Shown: positions 1 through 8,935, counted from the first letter of the stretch. The stretch is 64,000 nucleotides of DNA from Gemmatimonadaceae bacterium (GCA_045803545.1 JBJMOW010000004.1:128001-192000); one strand, 5' to 3'. Translations and numbers: made by a program. Notes: generated from the sequence alone by a model not told the origin.

Positions 1-130
1 GCTCTATGGTTTCGCAGGCGGCGCGGGTGGGCGCGATGACGATCAGCCGGCCGGTCGCGGGTTCTGCAGCGACGAAAGCCTGGCGATCCGGCGGAAGGTA
101 TCTGTCGGTTACGATTCGCTGCATGCGCAT
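1..130 (-). CDS. 5' fragment of a gene running off the left edge, possibly a DEAD/DEAH-box helicase
   Basis: Manual translation from ATG 130: MRMQRIVTDRYLPPDRQAFVAAEPATGRLIVIAPTRAACETIE. 'APTR' resembles SF2 helicase motif Ia. The frame is open to the window edge. Confidence 0.45.
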   Translation of the reverse strand, partial: MRMQRIVTDRYLPPDRQAFVAAEPATGRLIVIAPTRAACETIE

Positions 131-162
131 TGGAAAAGTGCATACATCGCACCGGATGCGAA

Positions 163-195
163 ACGGCCCCAGGGACTCTCATGCTCTGGGGCCGT
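163..195 (-). terminator. Probable intrinsic terminator hairpin
   Basis: ACGGCCCCAG...CTGGGGCCGT inverted repeat about 20 nt past the stop of 215-826, with a short U run on the - strand. Confidence 0.5.
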
Positions 196-214
196 CGCTA
201 TGACTTCAAGAGAT

Positions 215-826
215 CTAGTCTCTGTCTTTCTTACCTTTACCCTTACCGTGATCTTTTTGTTTCGAATCGTAGTCACGATTGGTATTGACGCTCGAGCCGA
301 CGTATACGCGATTGCCGAACTGATCGTAACGATAGTTGGCATCGTTGTAGCGTTGATTGCCCTCGTTATCAGCCCGGTTGTAGCCGTCGTTGCCGTTGCG
401 CTTCTGCGCCTTCCTGATTTCCTTCTCCCGCTGCTTCTCAGCCTTCTTCCATTGCTTGTCGTTGTTGTTCGCAATGCGGCTGTTCAAAATCGTGAAGGTG
501 CCGTTGGGATTACGGCGCGCACGCTGGATGATCAGGTTGCCGTAATTGTCGCGGACGCGACGCTCGTAAACCTGGCTGCGGCCATTACCGACCTGGTACC
601 AGGAGCCGTCGTTACGTGAGTACACGTCCTGGCAGTTGTTACTGGTATTGAGATTGGTGCGACCGAAGATGATGTCGCCTACGCTGTTGGTCGTACGGTT
701 GTACGTGCAATCGTTGCTGGTACGCTGACCAGTGATGACAGTGCCCGGACGCGGAACCGACTGTGCGTTCAGCGACGCGGCAGCAGTGACACCAACAATG
801 GCCAGGCTGAAGGCGAATACCTTCAT
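215..826 (-). CDS. Secreted hypothetical protein
   Basis: Signal peptide (MKVFAFSLAIVGVTAAASLNAQ); Asn/Arg/Tyr-rich body with a Cys pair; basic C-terminal tail; AGGAGG SD; ATGA overlap with the upstream gene. Confidence 0.8.
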   Translation of the reverse strand: MKVFAFSLAIVGVTAAASLNAQSVPRPGTVITGQRTSNDCTYNRTTNSVGDIIFGRTNLNTSNNCQDVYSRNDGSWYQVGNGRSQVYERRVRDNYGNLIIQRARRNPNGTFTILNSRIANNNDKQWKKAEKQREKEIRKAQKRNGNDGYNRADNEGNQRYNDANYRYDQFGNRVYVGSSVNTNRDYDSKQKDHGKGKGKKDRD

Positions 827-1215
827 CGTGAAATCCTCCTCGTGATTAAATCAACTAGCTCGTCGGTCGTGCTCGACTTGCCGTTGTTTGATTTTCCTTT
901 CTTGCCCTTTTGTGGCTCATCGCCGAACAGGACCTTGGCGTTGGCCGGCCGGTTTCTTACCGCTGAAGCGCAGTCGGTAGGTGCTGGCTGCTGGTTGGCG
1001 GGCACATCGTTGAGCCAGATACGGCACATACCTGCCGGCGGAAAGAATCCGGGCGGTACGATCTGGGCTCGACGCTGCGTCTGCTGATTCTGCGGCTTCT
1101 GCGGAACCGGTCGTTGGGCCTCAGCAACCCCCGCCGTAAAGACGAGAGCAACCAGGCCGACTAGCGGCGCACGGAGGCGAGAAGGAATCGAAATGAAGCG
1201 AAAGTGCTGCATCAT
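823..1215 (-). CDS. Secreted hypothetical protein with a PPGxxPPAGMCRIW...PAPTDC motif
   Basis: Hydrophobic signal segment ending AEA-Q; small two-Cys Pro-rich domain; start placed at ATG 1215 or 1212. Confidence 0.75.
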   Translation of the reverse strand: MMQHFRFISIPSRLRAPLVGLVALVFTAGVAEAQRPVPQKPQNQQTQRRAQIVPPGFFPPAGMCRIWLNDVPANQQPAPTDCASAVRNRPANAKVLFGDEPQKGKKGKSNNGKSSTTDELVDLITRRISR

Positions 1216-1228
1216 GGCGCCTCTAGGG

Positions 1229-1245
1229 TGCAGGGGCGGTGCCAA
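1229..1245 (-). promoter_or_regulatory. Putative sigma54 -24/-12 promoter
   Basis: - strand TTGGCACCGCCCCTGCA has GG-N10-GC spacing and matches TGGCAC-N5-(T/C)TGCA. Confidence 0.6.
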
Positions 1246-1396
1246 ATTCGAACCGGTGAGCTAAGTCATTGAACCCAAGCAACTTATCCCACTTTGTCGG
1301 TTTCGCCTTGCTACCCAAATGTCCCCTCACGGGGACAAGAAACTGATACACTTCGACAGCTCAAACTTACCTGCCCGGAAACGGTCTCCGGCCTGC

Positions 1397-2476
1397 TCAA
1401 TCCCCGAAGGATATGCCCGTCGCCCGGGCCGTTAGCACCGTGTCGTGGTCCACTTCCACCCGCTTCGGTGTCTTCAACACACCGGCCAGCGGAATGGCCA
1501 CAATGTGGGGCGATTGTAGCGCGATCATGTGATCCCACTTCTCTTCGGCCACGGCGCGGACTGCCGCGCCACCGAATCGTACCGCCAAAAGCCGATCGTA
1601 GCCAGTCGGCATTCCACCCCGCTGGAGATGTCCGAGGATGAGCGAGCGCGTTTCCTTCTTCGTGCGCTCTTGAATGTCGTCCGCCAGGCGCTCAGCGACC
1701 CCTCCGACCCGCACGGCCTGACCGGGCATCGACTTCCCCAGGACGTGGGCGGATTCGCCCTTTGGATGAGCGCCCTCTGCAATCACGACGATAGAGAAGT
1801 GTCTGCCGGCCCGACCGCGAGCAACGATCTTCTCGCACACCTTATCAATGTCGTAGGGGATCTCGGGAATCAGGATGACGTCAGCGGTTCCCGCGAGTCC
1901 GGCGTGCAAAGCGATGAAACCGGCGTGACGCCCCATCACCTCGAGAACGATCACGCGATCGTGACTCTCCGCGGTGGTGTGGAGTTTGTCGATCGCCTCG
2001 AGTGCCGTGTTGACCGCGGTATCAAAACCGAAGGTGGTGATCGTGCCGTTGACGTCGTTGTCGATGGTCTTGGGAACGCACACTATCCGCATTCCGCGCT
2101 CGCAGAGTTGGTGGGCGATTGTTAGCGATCCGTCACCGCCGATCGAGATCATCGCATCGATACCTAGCCTGCGCGCGTTTTCGATCAACTCATCCGAGCG
2201 GTCTTGCTCGATACAACTTCCATCAGGTTGAACGACGGGATAGTTGAATGGATTACCGCGGTTGGTCGTGCGCAGGATGGTGCCGCCAAGGTGGGCGATG
2301 CCGCGAACGGTGGTCGGCGTCATTGGAATCACTTCCTCTTCGCCGAGCAGTCCCGCGTAACCTTTCTTGATACCGAGAACTTCCCAGCCGCGGTTGCACG
2401 CCGATAGCACTGCCGCGCGAATGACGGCATTGAGTCCCGGCGCATCACCACCGCCGGTAGACAAAGCGATTCTCAT
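1397..2476 (-). CDS. pfkA: 6-phosphofructokinase (PfkA family, group III-like)
   Basis: GGGDAPGLN, GGDGS, PKTIDND, EVMGR and LGHLQRGG motifs; Gly104/Lys124-type signature. Confidence 0.95.
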   Translation of the reverse strand: MRIALSTGGGDAPGLNAVIRAAVLSACNRGWEVLGIKKGYAGLLGEEEVIPMTPTTVRGIAHLGGTILRTTNRGNPFNYPVVQPDGSCIEQDRSDELIENARRLGIDAMISIGGDGSLTIAHQLCERGMRIVCVPKTIDNDVNGTITTFGFDTAVNTALEAIDKLHTTAESHDRVIVLEVMGRHAGFIALHAGLAGTADVILIPEIPYDIDKVCEKIVARGRAGRHFSIVVIAEGAHPKGESAHVLGKSMPGQAVRVGGVAERLADDIQERTKKETRSLILGHLQRGGMPTGYDRLLAVRFGGAAVRAVAEEKWDHMIALQSPHIVAIPLAGVLKTPKRVEVDHDTVLTARATGISFGD

Positions 2477-2480
2477 ATTG

Positions 2481-2708
2481 TCAGGCTTTTCGTTCTAGTA
2501 GGGAGATGATTTCTCCAGGCTTGGCGTGTCGGCCAAGTTTTGACTTCTCGAATATCGGGACGTCGTCAGCGACGACCTCAAAGCGTCCACCTCGCGACGG
2601 AGTCATCTTCACGTCCGCGTCCGGGAAACGCTGCTTGATCTCTGCCGCCAAACTGGCGGCACGTGGCTGATAGTTTCAGACGACGCAGTATTCGATGCTG
2701 ATTTTCAT
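2481..2708 (-). CDS. SelW/SelT/SelH (Rdx family) selenoprotein with in-frame UGA read as Sec (CxxU)
   Basis: Manual translation: MKISIEYCVV-U(TGA 2678-2676)-NYQPRAASLAAEIKQRFPDADVKMTPSRGGRFEVVADDVPIFEKSKLGRHAKPGEIISLLERKA* (75 aa). Shows the Rdx hallmarks IEYCxxU and GxFEV and fills the gap between two co-oriented genes. Confidence 0.92.
2643..2661 (-). promoter_or_regulatory. Bacterial SECIS-like stem-loop
   Basis: Perfect 8-bp stem UGCCGCCA-GUU-UGGCGGCA on the mRNA. The apical loop begins about 22 nt after the UGA and starts with GU. Confidence 0.8.
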
Positions 2709-2722
2709 TGTCGGTTCGATGG

Positions 2723-5059
2723 TTATTGATTGCCCGTCGGATACTGATCCGCGAGTTGTTGGGCTTCTGGCGTGCCGATCACCTTTAGCGCTACAACCGC
2801 CGGCCGTCTAATCACGTCCTGCCATAAATCCGGCGCCATAAGCTGCTTGGCGAGCGGTAGCGCCGCGTTTTTTTCCAGTCGGATGTCGGCGGCGAGCGCA
2901 GCACCACGTACAATGTAGTTCGGATCGTCACGGGCAATCTGCCGCAGCCGGATTCCCACGTCGCGGGAGGCCGTTCCGCTCAATACGAGATCGCCCAGCG
3001 CGCTGGACGCAGCCTGCCTGACCCTCGCATCGATGTCCCGCGTTGCGGTGACCAGATTATCGGTGATGCCCCGCATCGGCGAGGCTGCCGCTCTGCTGGT
3101 GTCATTGCCCCAGGCGCCGAGTGCATCGACAGCGCGCGCTCTGACGGCCCAGAACCGATCGTTGCGGGCGGCTCGTCGCAGTGCATCGAGCGCATTGCGG
3201 TCACTTGGCCGGTCCGCCAACGCTTCCACTGCTTCGATTCTGCCGAGTACGTCGTCGTCGTGGACGAGCTCGTACTGCAACATTGCGGTGGAGCGCGGGA
3301 AGTCGGTGAGCTCGAGGAGCCAGTTGCCCTTGTTCCAGCGAATCGAGCGCGGCGGCGCCTTGAGATTGGCGGCGGCTTCACCAGCTCCATTGCGAACGGG
3401 CACGACGAATCGGACAACCCCACTATCGGTGCGCGCTTCGACATCGACGTCGACGTCGAAGAAACCGGTGAGACTGTCGCGCGCTTGTACTTCGCGGGCG
3501 GTGACAGTAAGCCGATTCCCAGCGCGGTCGTAATTCGAGGAAACCTGGAATACCGGAAAGCCTGCGCCGTAGACCCACTGATCGAAGAATGCCTTCAGAT
3601 CCTTGCCGGTTGTCTCCTCGAAGGCGCGTCGAAGATCGTCGGAGACGACGTTGTCATACGCGTGCGAAGTCGCGTAGCGGTTGATGCCTCTCCAGAAAAC
3701 CGAATCGCCGAACTGATGGCGGAGCATCTGGAGAACCGTCGCGCCCTTCTGATAGATGTGGCCGGTGAAGAAAACCTCGATCGGGTCATTGACCCACTTG
3801 CCCCACACGATTGGTCGACGCGCTCGTCGATCGCCCTCGATTGCCTGCTCCTGTGCCAACAGTCGGTCATAGGCTCCCTCATCCACTCCGAAGTTCTCTT
3901 CGTGAAAAATCTCCTCCATGAAAGTCGCGAACCCTTCGTTCAGCCAGACATGCGCCCAGCTTCGGGTGGTGAGCAGATCGCCGAACCACTGATGTCCGAG
4001 CTCGTGCGACATGAGGTCGACGCTGTTTGCCTGCGGCTCGGACCATAGCGGATGCAGAATCTCGGCGTCGTTCTGCGAGGTTGCCGTGACGTTCTCCATC
4101 CCGCCGTACTGAAATTCGGGGATGACGATCTGATCGTACTTCACCCATGGATACGCAACGCCGGTCTTGCGCGAGAAAACGTCGACGGCCTGAGGCGTTC
4201 TGGCGAAACCGCGACGCGCGGCTTCGACCGAGTCCGGATATGTCCAGTATCCGATCGGTACGCCTCGCCACGGCGTGTCCTGAAGCACGACGTAATTGCC
4301 GATGACGCATGTCATCAAATAAGTGGAGGCCGGTTTGTCCTGCACCCAGTGCCACTCAATGCTATCGCCGACAGCGCGTGAGCCGGCGAGCCGACCATTC
4401 GACAAAGCGCGCTCGTCTTTCCGGGTCCAGATGTAGAACTCCCACGTGGTCTTGTCGTTGGGAAAATCGTACGTCGGAACCCAGTAGCGATTGTCTTCCG
4501 TTTCACCTTGGGTCCAAATGATGTGTTTGGCTGGGCGAAAGTACGCGCCTTTGCTTCGATTGACTCCCTCGTATTCGACGGTGAGCAGGAGCTTCTGATC
4601 GGTGGTCAGCGCTCGCGGCAGCTGAATCGCAAGTCTGTTGTCGCTGTAGTCAAAGCGGACAGCGGCGCCGTCGGATGTCACGTTTCGTATCCGCATGTCT
4701 CCCGCGTCGAGGACGACTGTGCGCAGCGGTGCAGCGTTGGGGAGTCCCGCGATTGTCAGTGTGGTCGATCCCACCACGGCGTGGGTTTGCCACTCGAACC
4801 GGATGGTCGTGCTCTGGTGCTGTAGATCATAAGTACGACGCCGCTCGGCGTGAGTGACTCCTTCGGGAAGAGGGCCCCACGCGATCAAGGGCGTTCCCTT
4901 GAATCCGGGTACGTGGTTGGGCGTGAGTGTGGTGTCCATGCGGAACGGCGACACACCTGGAACCGGCGTCGGCTGAACTTCAGCGGGCTGTCTGGCCGCG
5001 GGTGCACAGCCAGCCAACACCGCGCATGCGATGATTGTCGCGCCGGGAAAGGCTTTCAT
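2723..5059 (-). CDS. M1 family aminopeptidase with C-terminal HEAT repeats, probable lipoprotein
   Basis: GGMEN and HELGHQW...NEGFA zinc motifs, YQKG, HEAT-like C-terminus; lipobox VLAGC after ATG 5059 (ORF track extends to 5125). Confidence 0.93.
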   Translation of the reverse strand: MKAFPGATIIACAVLAGCAPAARQPAEVQPTPVPGVSPFRMDTTLTPNHVPGFKGTPLIAWGPLPEGVTHAERRRTYDLQHQSTTIRFEWQTHAVVGSTTLTIAGLPNAAPLRTVVLDAGDMRIRNVTSDGAAVRFDYSDNRLAIQLPRALTTDQKLLLTVEYEGVNRSKGAYFRPAKHIIWTQGETEDNRYWVPTYDFPNDKTTWEFYIWTRKDERALSNGRLAGSRAVGDSIEWHWVQDKPASTYLMTCVIGNYVVLQDTPWRGVPIGYWTYPDSVEAARRGFARTPQAVDVFSRKTGVAYPWVKYDQIVIPEFQYGGMENVTATSQNDAEILHPLWSEPQANSVDLMSHELGHQWFGDLLTTRSWAHVWLNEGFATFMEEIFHEENFGVDEGAYDRLLAQEQAIEGDRRARRPIVWGKWVNDPIEVFFTGHIYQKGATVLQMLRHQFGDSVFWRGINRYATSHAYDNVVSDDLRRAFEETTGKDLKAFFDQWVYGAGFPVFQVSSNYDRAGNRLTVTAREVQARDSLTGFFDVDVDVEARTDSGVVRFVVPVRNGAGEAAANLKAPPRSIRWNKGNWLLELTDFPRSTAMLQYELVHDDDVLGRIEAVEALADRPSDRNALDALRRAARNDRFWAVRARAVDALGAWGNDTSRAAASPMRGITDNLVTATRDIDARVRQAASSALGDLVLSGTASRDVGIRLRQIARDDPNYIVRGAALAADIRLEKNAALPLAKQLMAPDLWQDVIRRPAVVALKVIGTPEAQQLADQYPTGNQ

Positions 5060-5166
5060 TCGGCGCGGGAACGGTTTGAATGCGCCCGCATCAATCTGAT
5101 CAACGTCATTGTCTGCTTCTGACATATGCTATTCAGCGAACCAGGTATCTGGAAGGAGTTACGGGT

Positions 5167-5586
5167 GTGCGACGCGCGTTTAGCGCAATCGAATTGACGA
5201 TTGTCGTTGGTATCCTCAGCGTTCTCTCCGCCATCGCCATGCCAGCGGTGACGCGATTGCTCGACCGCGTGCGAGTGCGCGCCGCAGTTACCGAGATCGA
5301 ATCGTTATTCGCAACGGCCAGACACGCCGCAATCGCGCGCGGCACACCTGCCAGTGTCGAGATCGATACGGCAGGACGATCGATTTCAGTGACACTCGAT
5401 CGCGATACGCTGCGAAAAGGCATGCTGGGTACCGAACACGGAATTGAGCTCGCGACAAACCGGAGCAGCATGACTTATTCACCCACCGGCGTTGGCTACG
5501 GCGCGGCAAATCTCAGCGTCGTCGTCCGAAGGAGCGCGGTCGCCGATACTGTCGTGGTTTCGCGTCTGGGCCGGGTTCGGCACTGA
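5167..5586 (+). CDS. FimT/GspH-like minor (pseudo)pilin
   Basis: Prepilin-like RRA|FSAIELTIVVGIL with Glu+5; ARxxAI motif; C-terminal VSRLGRVR; GGAAGGAG SD before GTG 5167. Confidence 0.85.
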   Translation: MRRAFSAIELTIVVGILSVLSAIAMPAVTRLLDRVRVRAAVTEIESLFATARHAAIARGTPASVEIDTAGRSISVTLDRDTLRKGMLGTEHGIELATNRSSMTYSPTGVGYGAANLSVVVRRSAVADTVVVSRLGRVRH

Positions 5587-6832
5587 CGTCCTGCTTGGCC
5601 GGAAGATCGGCGACAGTGGATTCAGCCGTCACGGGCACCACCGCTTCTGTGGTCGTACCGAAATCGAAGCCGGGAACGGAGATGCGTGGAATCTGCTGGC
5701 CGATGGTTCGTTCGATGGCACGCACCATCGAAATTTCGTCGGGTGACATGAAGGTGAACGCATCGCCCGTCGCCGCGGCGCGGCCCGTGCGGCCGATGCG
5801 GTGAACGTAGTCCTCCGGTTGCTGCGGCACATCGTAGTTGATGACGTGCGAGATGCCGGAGACATCGAGTCCACGTTGCGCGATATCGGTCGCCACCAAC
5901 ACTCTGATCTTGCCGGCTTTGAAATCCTCCAGCGCGCGCGTACGCTCGCCCTGTGACTTGTCGGCGTGCATTGCAGTCGCGCTGATGCTTTCGTCATCGA
6001 GATGCCGAACGACCCGATCAGCGCCGTGTTTGGTACGAGTGAAGACGAGCACCGAGTCCATTTCGGGCCGCTTGAGCAACTGTACGAGCAGCTGGCTTTT
6101 CCGATCGCGCGGAACGGGATAGACGGCGTGGGTCACAGTACTCGCCGCTTCACTGCGACGGCCAACTTGTACGACTACGGGCTTGCGCAGGTATTTGCGG
6201 GCCAGCGCCTCGACTTCGGCCGGCATCGTCGCGCTGAACAAGAGCGTCTGGCGATAGCGCGGAATCTCTTCCACGATGCGATTGAGCTGTGGTGCGAATC
6301 CCATGTCGAGCATGCGGTCAGCTTCGTCGAGCACCAGCACTTCGAGATCGTCGAAGGTAACGTTGCCACGCTCGATGTGATCGATCAGACGACCCGGTGT
6401 CGCTATTACCACATCGACGCCACGACGCAGCTCGCGCGATTGGGGCTCGAGCCCCACGCCTCCGAAAATCGGAACGACACGCAGATCTGCGTACTTCGCG
6501 TATTTCCGAAAACTGGATTCCACCTGCGCCGTAAGCTCGCGTGTGGGTGTCAACACCAATACGCGCACCCGGTGCGCTGGCTCGCCGTCATTCGAGGATA
6601 GTGGGGCGGTGAGCAGATTATGAATGATCGGAAGCGTGAAGCCGGCGGTTTTGCCAGTTCCCGTTTGCGCCAATCCGATCAGATCGCGCCCCGTCATTGC
6701 CAGCGGTATCGCCTGGTGCTGGATGGGAGTTGGGTGCGTGTAGCCGGCGTCGCGGACCGCGTCGAGAACCTGGGGGGCGAGCTTCAGATCCATGAACGAG
6801 ACTGAGGCTTCCGGTATTTCTTCCATCATCAC
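5513..6832 (-). CDS. DEAD-box RNA helicase (RhlE-like)
   Basis: Q motif, AQTGTGKT, PTREL, TPGRL, DEAD, SAT and HRIGRTGR. Confidence 0.95.
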   Translation of the reverse strand: MMMEEIPEASVSFMDLKLAPQVLDAVRDAGYTHPTPIQHQAIPLAMTGRDLIGLAQTGTGKTAGFTLPIIHNLLTAPLSSNDGEPAHRVRVLVLTPTRELTAQVESSFRKYAKYADLRVVPIFGGVGLEPQSRELRRGVDVVIATPGRLIDHIERGNVTFDDLEVLVLDEADRMLDMGFAPQLNRIVEEIPRYRQTLLFSATMPAEVEALARKYLRKPVVVQVGRRSEAASTVTHAVYPVPRDRKSQLLVQLLKRPEMDSVLVFTRTKHGADRVVRHLDDESISATAMHADKSQGERTRALEDFKAGKIRVLVATDIAQRGLDVSGISHVINYDVPQQPEDYVHRIGRTGRAAATGDAFTFMSPDEISMVRAIERTIGQQIPRISVPGFDFGTTTEAVVPVTAESTVADLPAKQDVSAEPGPDAKPRQYRRPRSFGRRR

Positions 6833-6851
6833 TCAATATATCCGCAACTAA

Positions 6852-7796
6852 CTAGCCTTCGACGCGCTGACTCGCTGTCGCCTCATTCCGTCGAGTGTCT
6901 CGATGCACACGGCCCAGCAAGTCCAGCAGGCCGGAGTTCACCTCCTCCGGCGTCTCCTCGGTGATGACGTGCCCTGCATCCCGGATCGGCCGCAGCTCGA
7001 TTCCTGGAATAAGCGGGACGTAGATCCTCATGCCCTCCTTCGGCATCAGATGGTCCAGGGTGCCCCACATTCCGATGGCCGGCACCAGCGCTTTCCTCAA
7101 TTCGCGAGTCCTTGCCGCCTTCCAATCGTACGCATGCAGCAATGCGCGTACGGCTCCGGCGTATTCAGGGAATTGCGATGGTGCGAGGTACTCAGCCAGA
7201 TCTCGCGCCGTGGGGCTTCCGCGTTTTCCGTACACCCGACGTAGAGCGATCTTCACAATTGTCGTCGGTTTGACGCGTCGCATCACCGGCAGAAGGAACG
7301 ATGGTGTAAGCAAACGATAGATCTTCATCAGCGGCACGCCCGTCAATCCGACCGGTGAAAGCAGTGCCAGCGCGCGTTGGCGATCCGGATGCCGGGCAGC
7401 GAAATGATAGGCAAGCGAGGCGCCGAGTGAGTGTCCAACCAGTGTCGGCCGATCCAACTCGAGAGCGTCGATCACTTCGCCCACGTGATCGATGAGCGAT
7501 TCTACTGTGTACTCGGAATCATTCTGCGGTTTGTCGGAGAGGCCGTGCCCCTTGAGATCGAATGCAAGCGCGCGAAAGCCGGCGGCAGTGATCGCGGGCA
7601 TGTTGGCTCGGTAGATGTACGCCGAGCATCCCCAGCCGTGGATCATCAGCACTGGCGGTGCTCCGCGATCACCACGCTCGACGACCCGAACGTTTATACC
7701 AGAGCGCAATCGCGGGTAGCTCACGCGATAGGCTGGATCACCGGCGGGAAACATTTCGCCAGGACGAAGGTAGTCTCGGCGACTGCGTCCGGTCAT
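6852..7796 (-). CDS. Alpha/beta fold hydrolase
   Basis: HGWG oxyanion segment, DLKGHGLS, GHSLG nucleophile elbow, C-terminal Asp/His (AGH). Confidence 0.9.
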   Translation of the reverse strand: MTGRSRRDYLRPGEMFPAGDPAYRVSYPRLRSGINVRVVERGDRGAPPVLMIHGWGCSAYIYRANMPAITAAGFRALAFDLKGHGLSDKPQNDSEYTVESLIDHVGEVIDALELDRPTLVGHSLGASLAYHFAARHPDRQRALALLSPVGLTGVPLMKIYRLLTPSFLLPVMRRVKPTTIVKIALRRVYGKRGSPTARDLAEYLAPSQFPEYAGAVRALLHAYDWKAARTRELRKALVPAIGMWGTLDHLMPKEGMRIYVPLIPGIELRPIRDAGHVITEETPEEVNSGLLDLLGRVHRDTRRNEATASQRVEG

Positions 7797-7801
7797 CGCC
7801 T

Positions 7802-8935
7802 TCAGATCAATTCAATTTCTCTGCCGATGAGTCGGCCGATGAGTCCGATACGGAAGGTGACGTCGGTCCACTTCGATTCAACACCGCTGCCCTCATCGAG
7901 CGGAAACGACGACCACGCCCACGTGTTCGACGTTGTCGGCCGGTCCATGCCCTTGTGCGGGTGCCAAACGCCATTCCGATCGCGATCGTCGACAAAGCGC
8001 TCGAAGAGCTTCATCCAGTTATCGTTGCGCCGCAGGAAATTGAGACGGGCCATCGTCTCCAGCCACAGTAGCGCCAGTGGGACATCGGCCTCGACCGCGT
8101 TGCGATGTGGCAGCACGTCGCCGAGGATCAGGTGCGGCTGCGGCACCATCTTCTTGCCAAAGAGCTGGACGATTTCCTGCCGCGGTAACGGTTGTGTGAT
8201 CGCCTCGTAGATTCGCTCTACTTCACTGAAGTGCTCGTGGCGAAAAATCGGCATATAACCGAGCATCGTCAGCGTGAAGATCGAGACTGGCGCTGCCTCG
8301 GGCGCGAGCACGTGCGAATTGCCCACACGCATCCAGGGCTTCTCGCCCAAAGGTGAGCTTAGATACGAGATCGTCCGCTCGAGAATCCGGCGGGCTGCGC
8401 CGCGCAGCCGAGGATCGTTTTCATATCCCATCTGCGCAAGCGTCGCCGCGGCCGCCTCGCGAAACATTCCACGTGTGCGTCGAGTGATGTCCTCGTCCTT
8501 GACCTTGGTACCGAGCTCGAACGTGTACGTGGGATCGTTGTCTTCCGCCAGCAGGCGGAACAGGAGTCGCCGCGCGAGAATCAGTGGTGGCGAGTCATGC
8601 GCCCAGCCATACTCGAGCAGTCGGCGAACCGCCGGGATGGTGCCGATGTTCGCGAAATCAGAACCGTGCTTGCTGGGAGGCGACAGCACCGAGTTGTTCC
8701 ACATGCCGTCGCGCGACTGGGTGACCGCGAGTCGAATGGCGGATCGATGCGCGTACGGGAGTGCCGCAAGTTCTGGCGCAACTGGGCTCGCGGTTTGAGC
8801 CACTTCGGTGATTGCGCGGTACTTCACCGGCTCCGACGCGTGCTCGGTCAGCCAGCTCAACGGAAAGAAGAGCGGCTCGGCAGGCGATACAGGTAATGGT
8901 GACGCCAGTTCCGGGGTTGTACCAGGTACAGTCAC
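7802..8935 (-). CDS. Conserved hypothetical protein, possibly an alpha/alpha-toroid (prenyltransferase/terpene cyclase-like) fold
   Basis: 377-aa helical ORF 5 nt upstream of the hydrolase start; QW-like motifs (QSRDGMW, DRNGVW). The fold is an inference. Confidence 0.65.
   Translation of the reverse strand: MTVPGTTPELASPLPVSPAEPLFFPLSWLTEHASEPVKYRAITEVAQTASPVAPELAALPYAHRSAIRLAVTQSRDGMWNNSVLSPPSKHGSDFANIGTIPAVRRLLEYGWAHDSPPLILARRLLFRLLAEDNDPTYTFELGTKVKDEDITRRTRGMFREAAAATLAQMGYENDPRLRGAARRILERTISYLSSPLGEKPWMRVGNSHVLAPEAAPVSIFTLTMLGYMPIFRHEHFSEVERIYEAITQPLPRQEIVQLFGKKMVPQPHLILGDVLPHRNAVEADVPLALLWLETMARLNFLRRNDNWMKLFERFVDDRDRNGVWHPHKGMDRPTTSNTWAWSSFPLDEGSGVESKWTDVTFRIGLIGRLIGREIELI

Noticed and set aside
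2676..2678. Genome-wide UGA reassignment (code 4 or 25) as the explanation for the in-frame TGA
   Set aside because: Many clear genes in the window end at TGA (pfkA, nadE, rhodanese, queG), and Trp is encoded by TGG.
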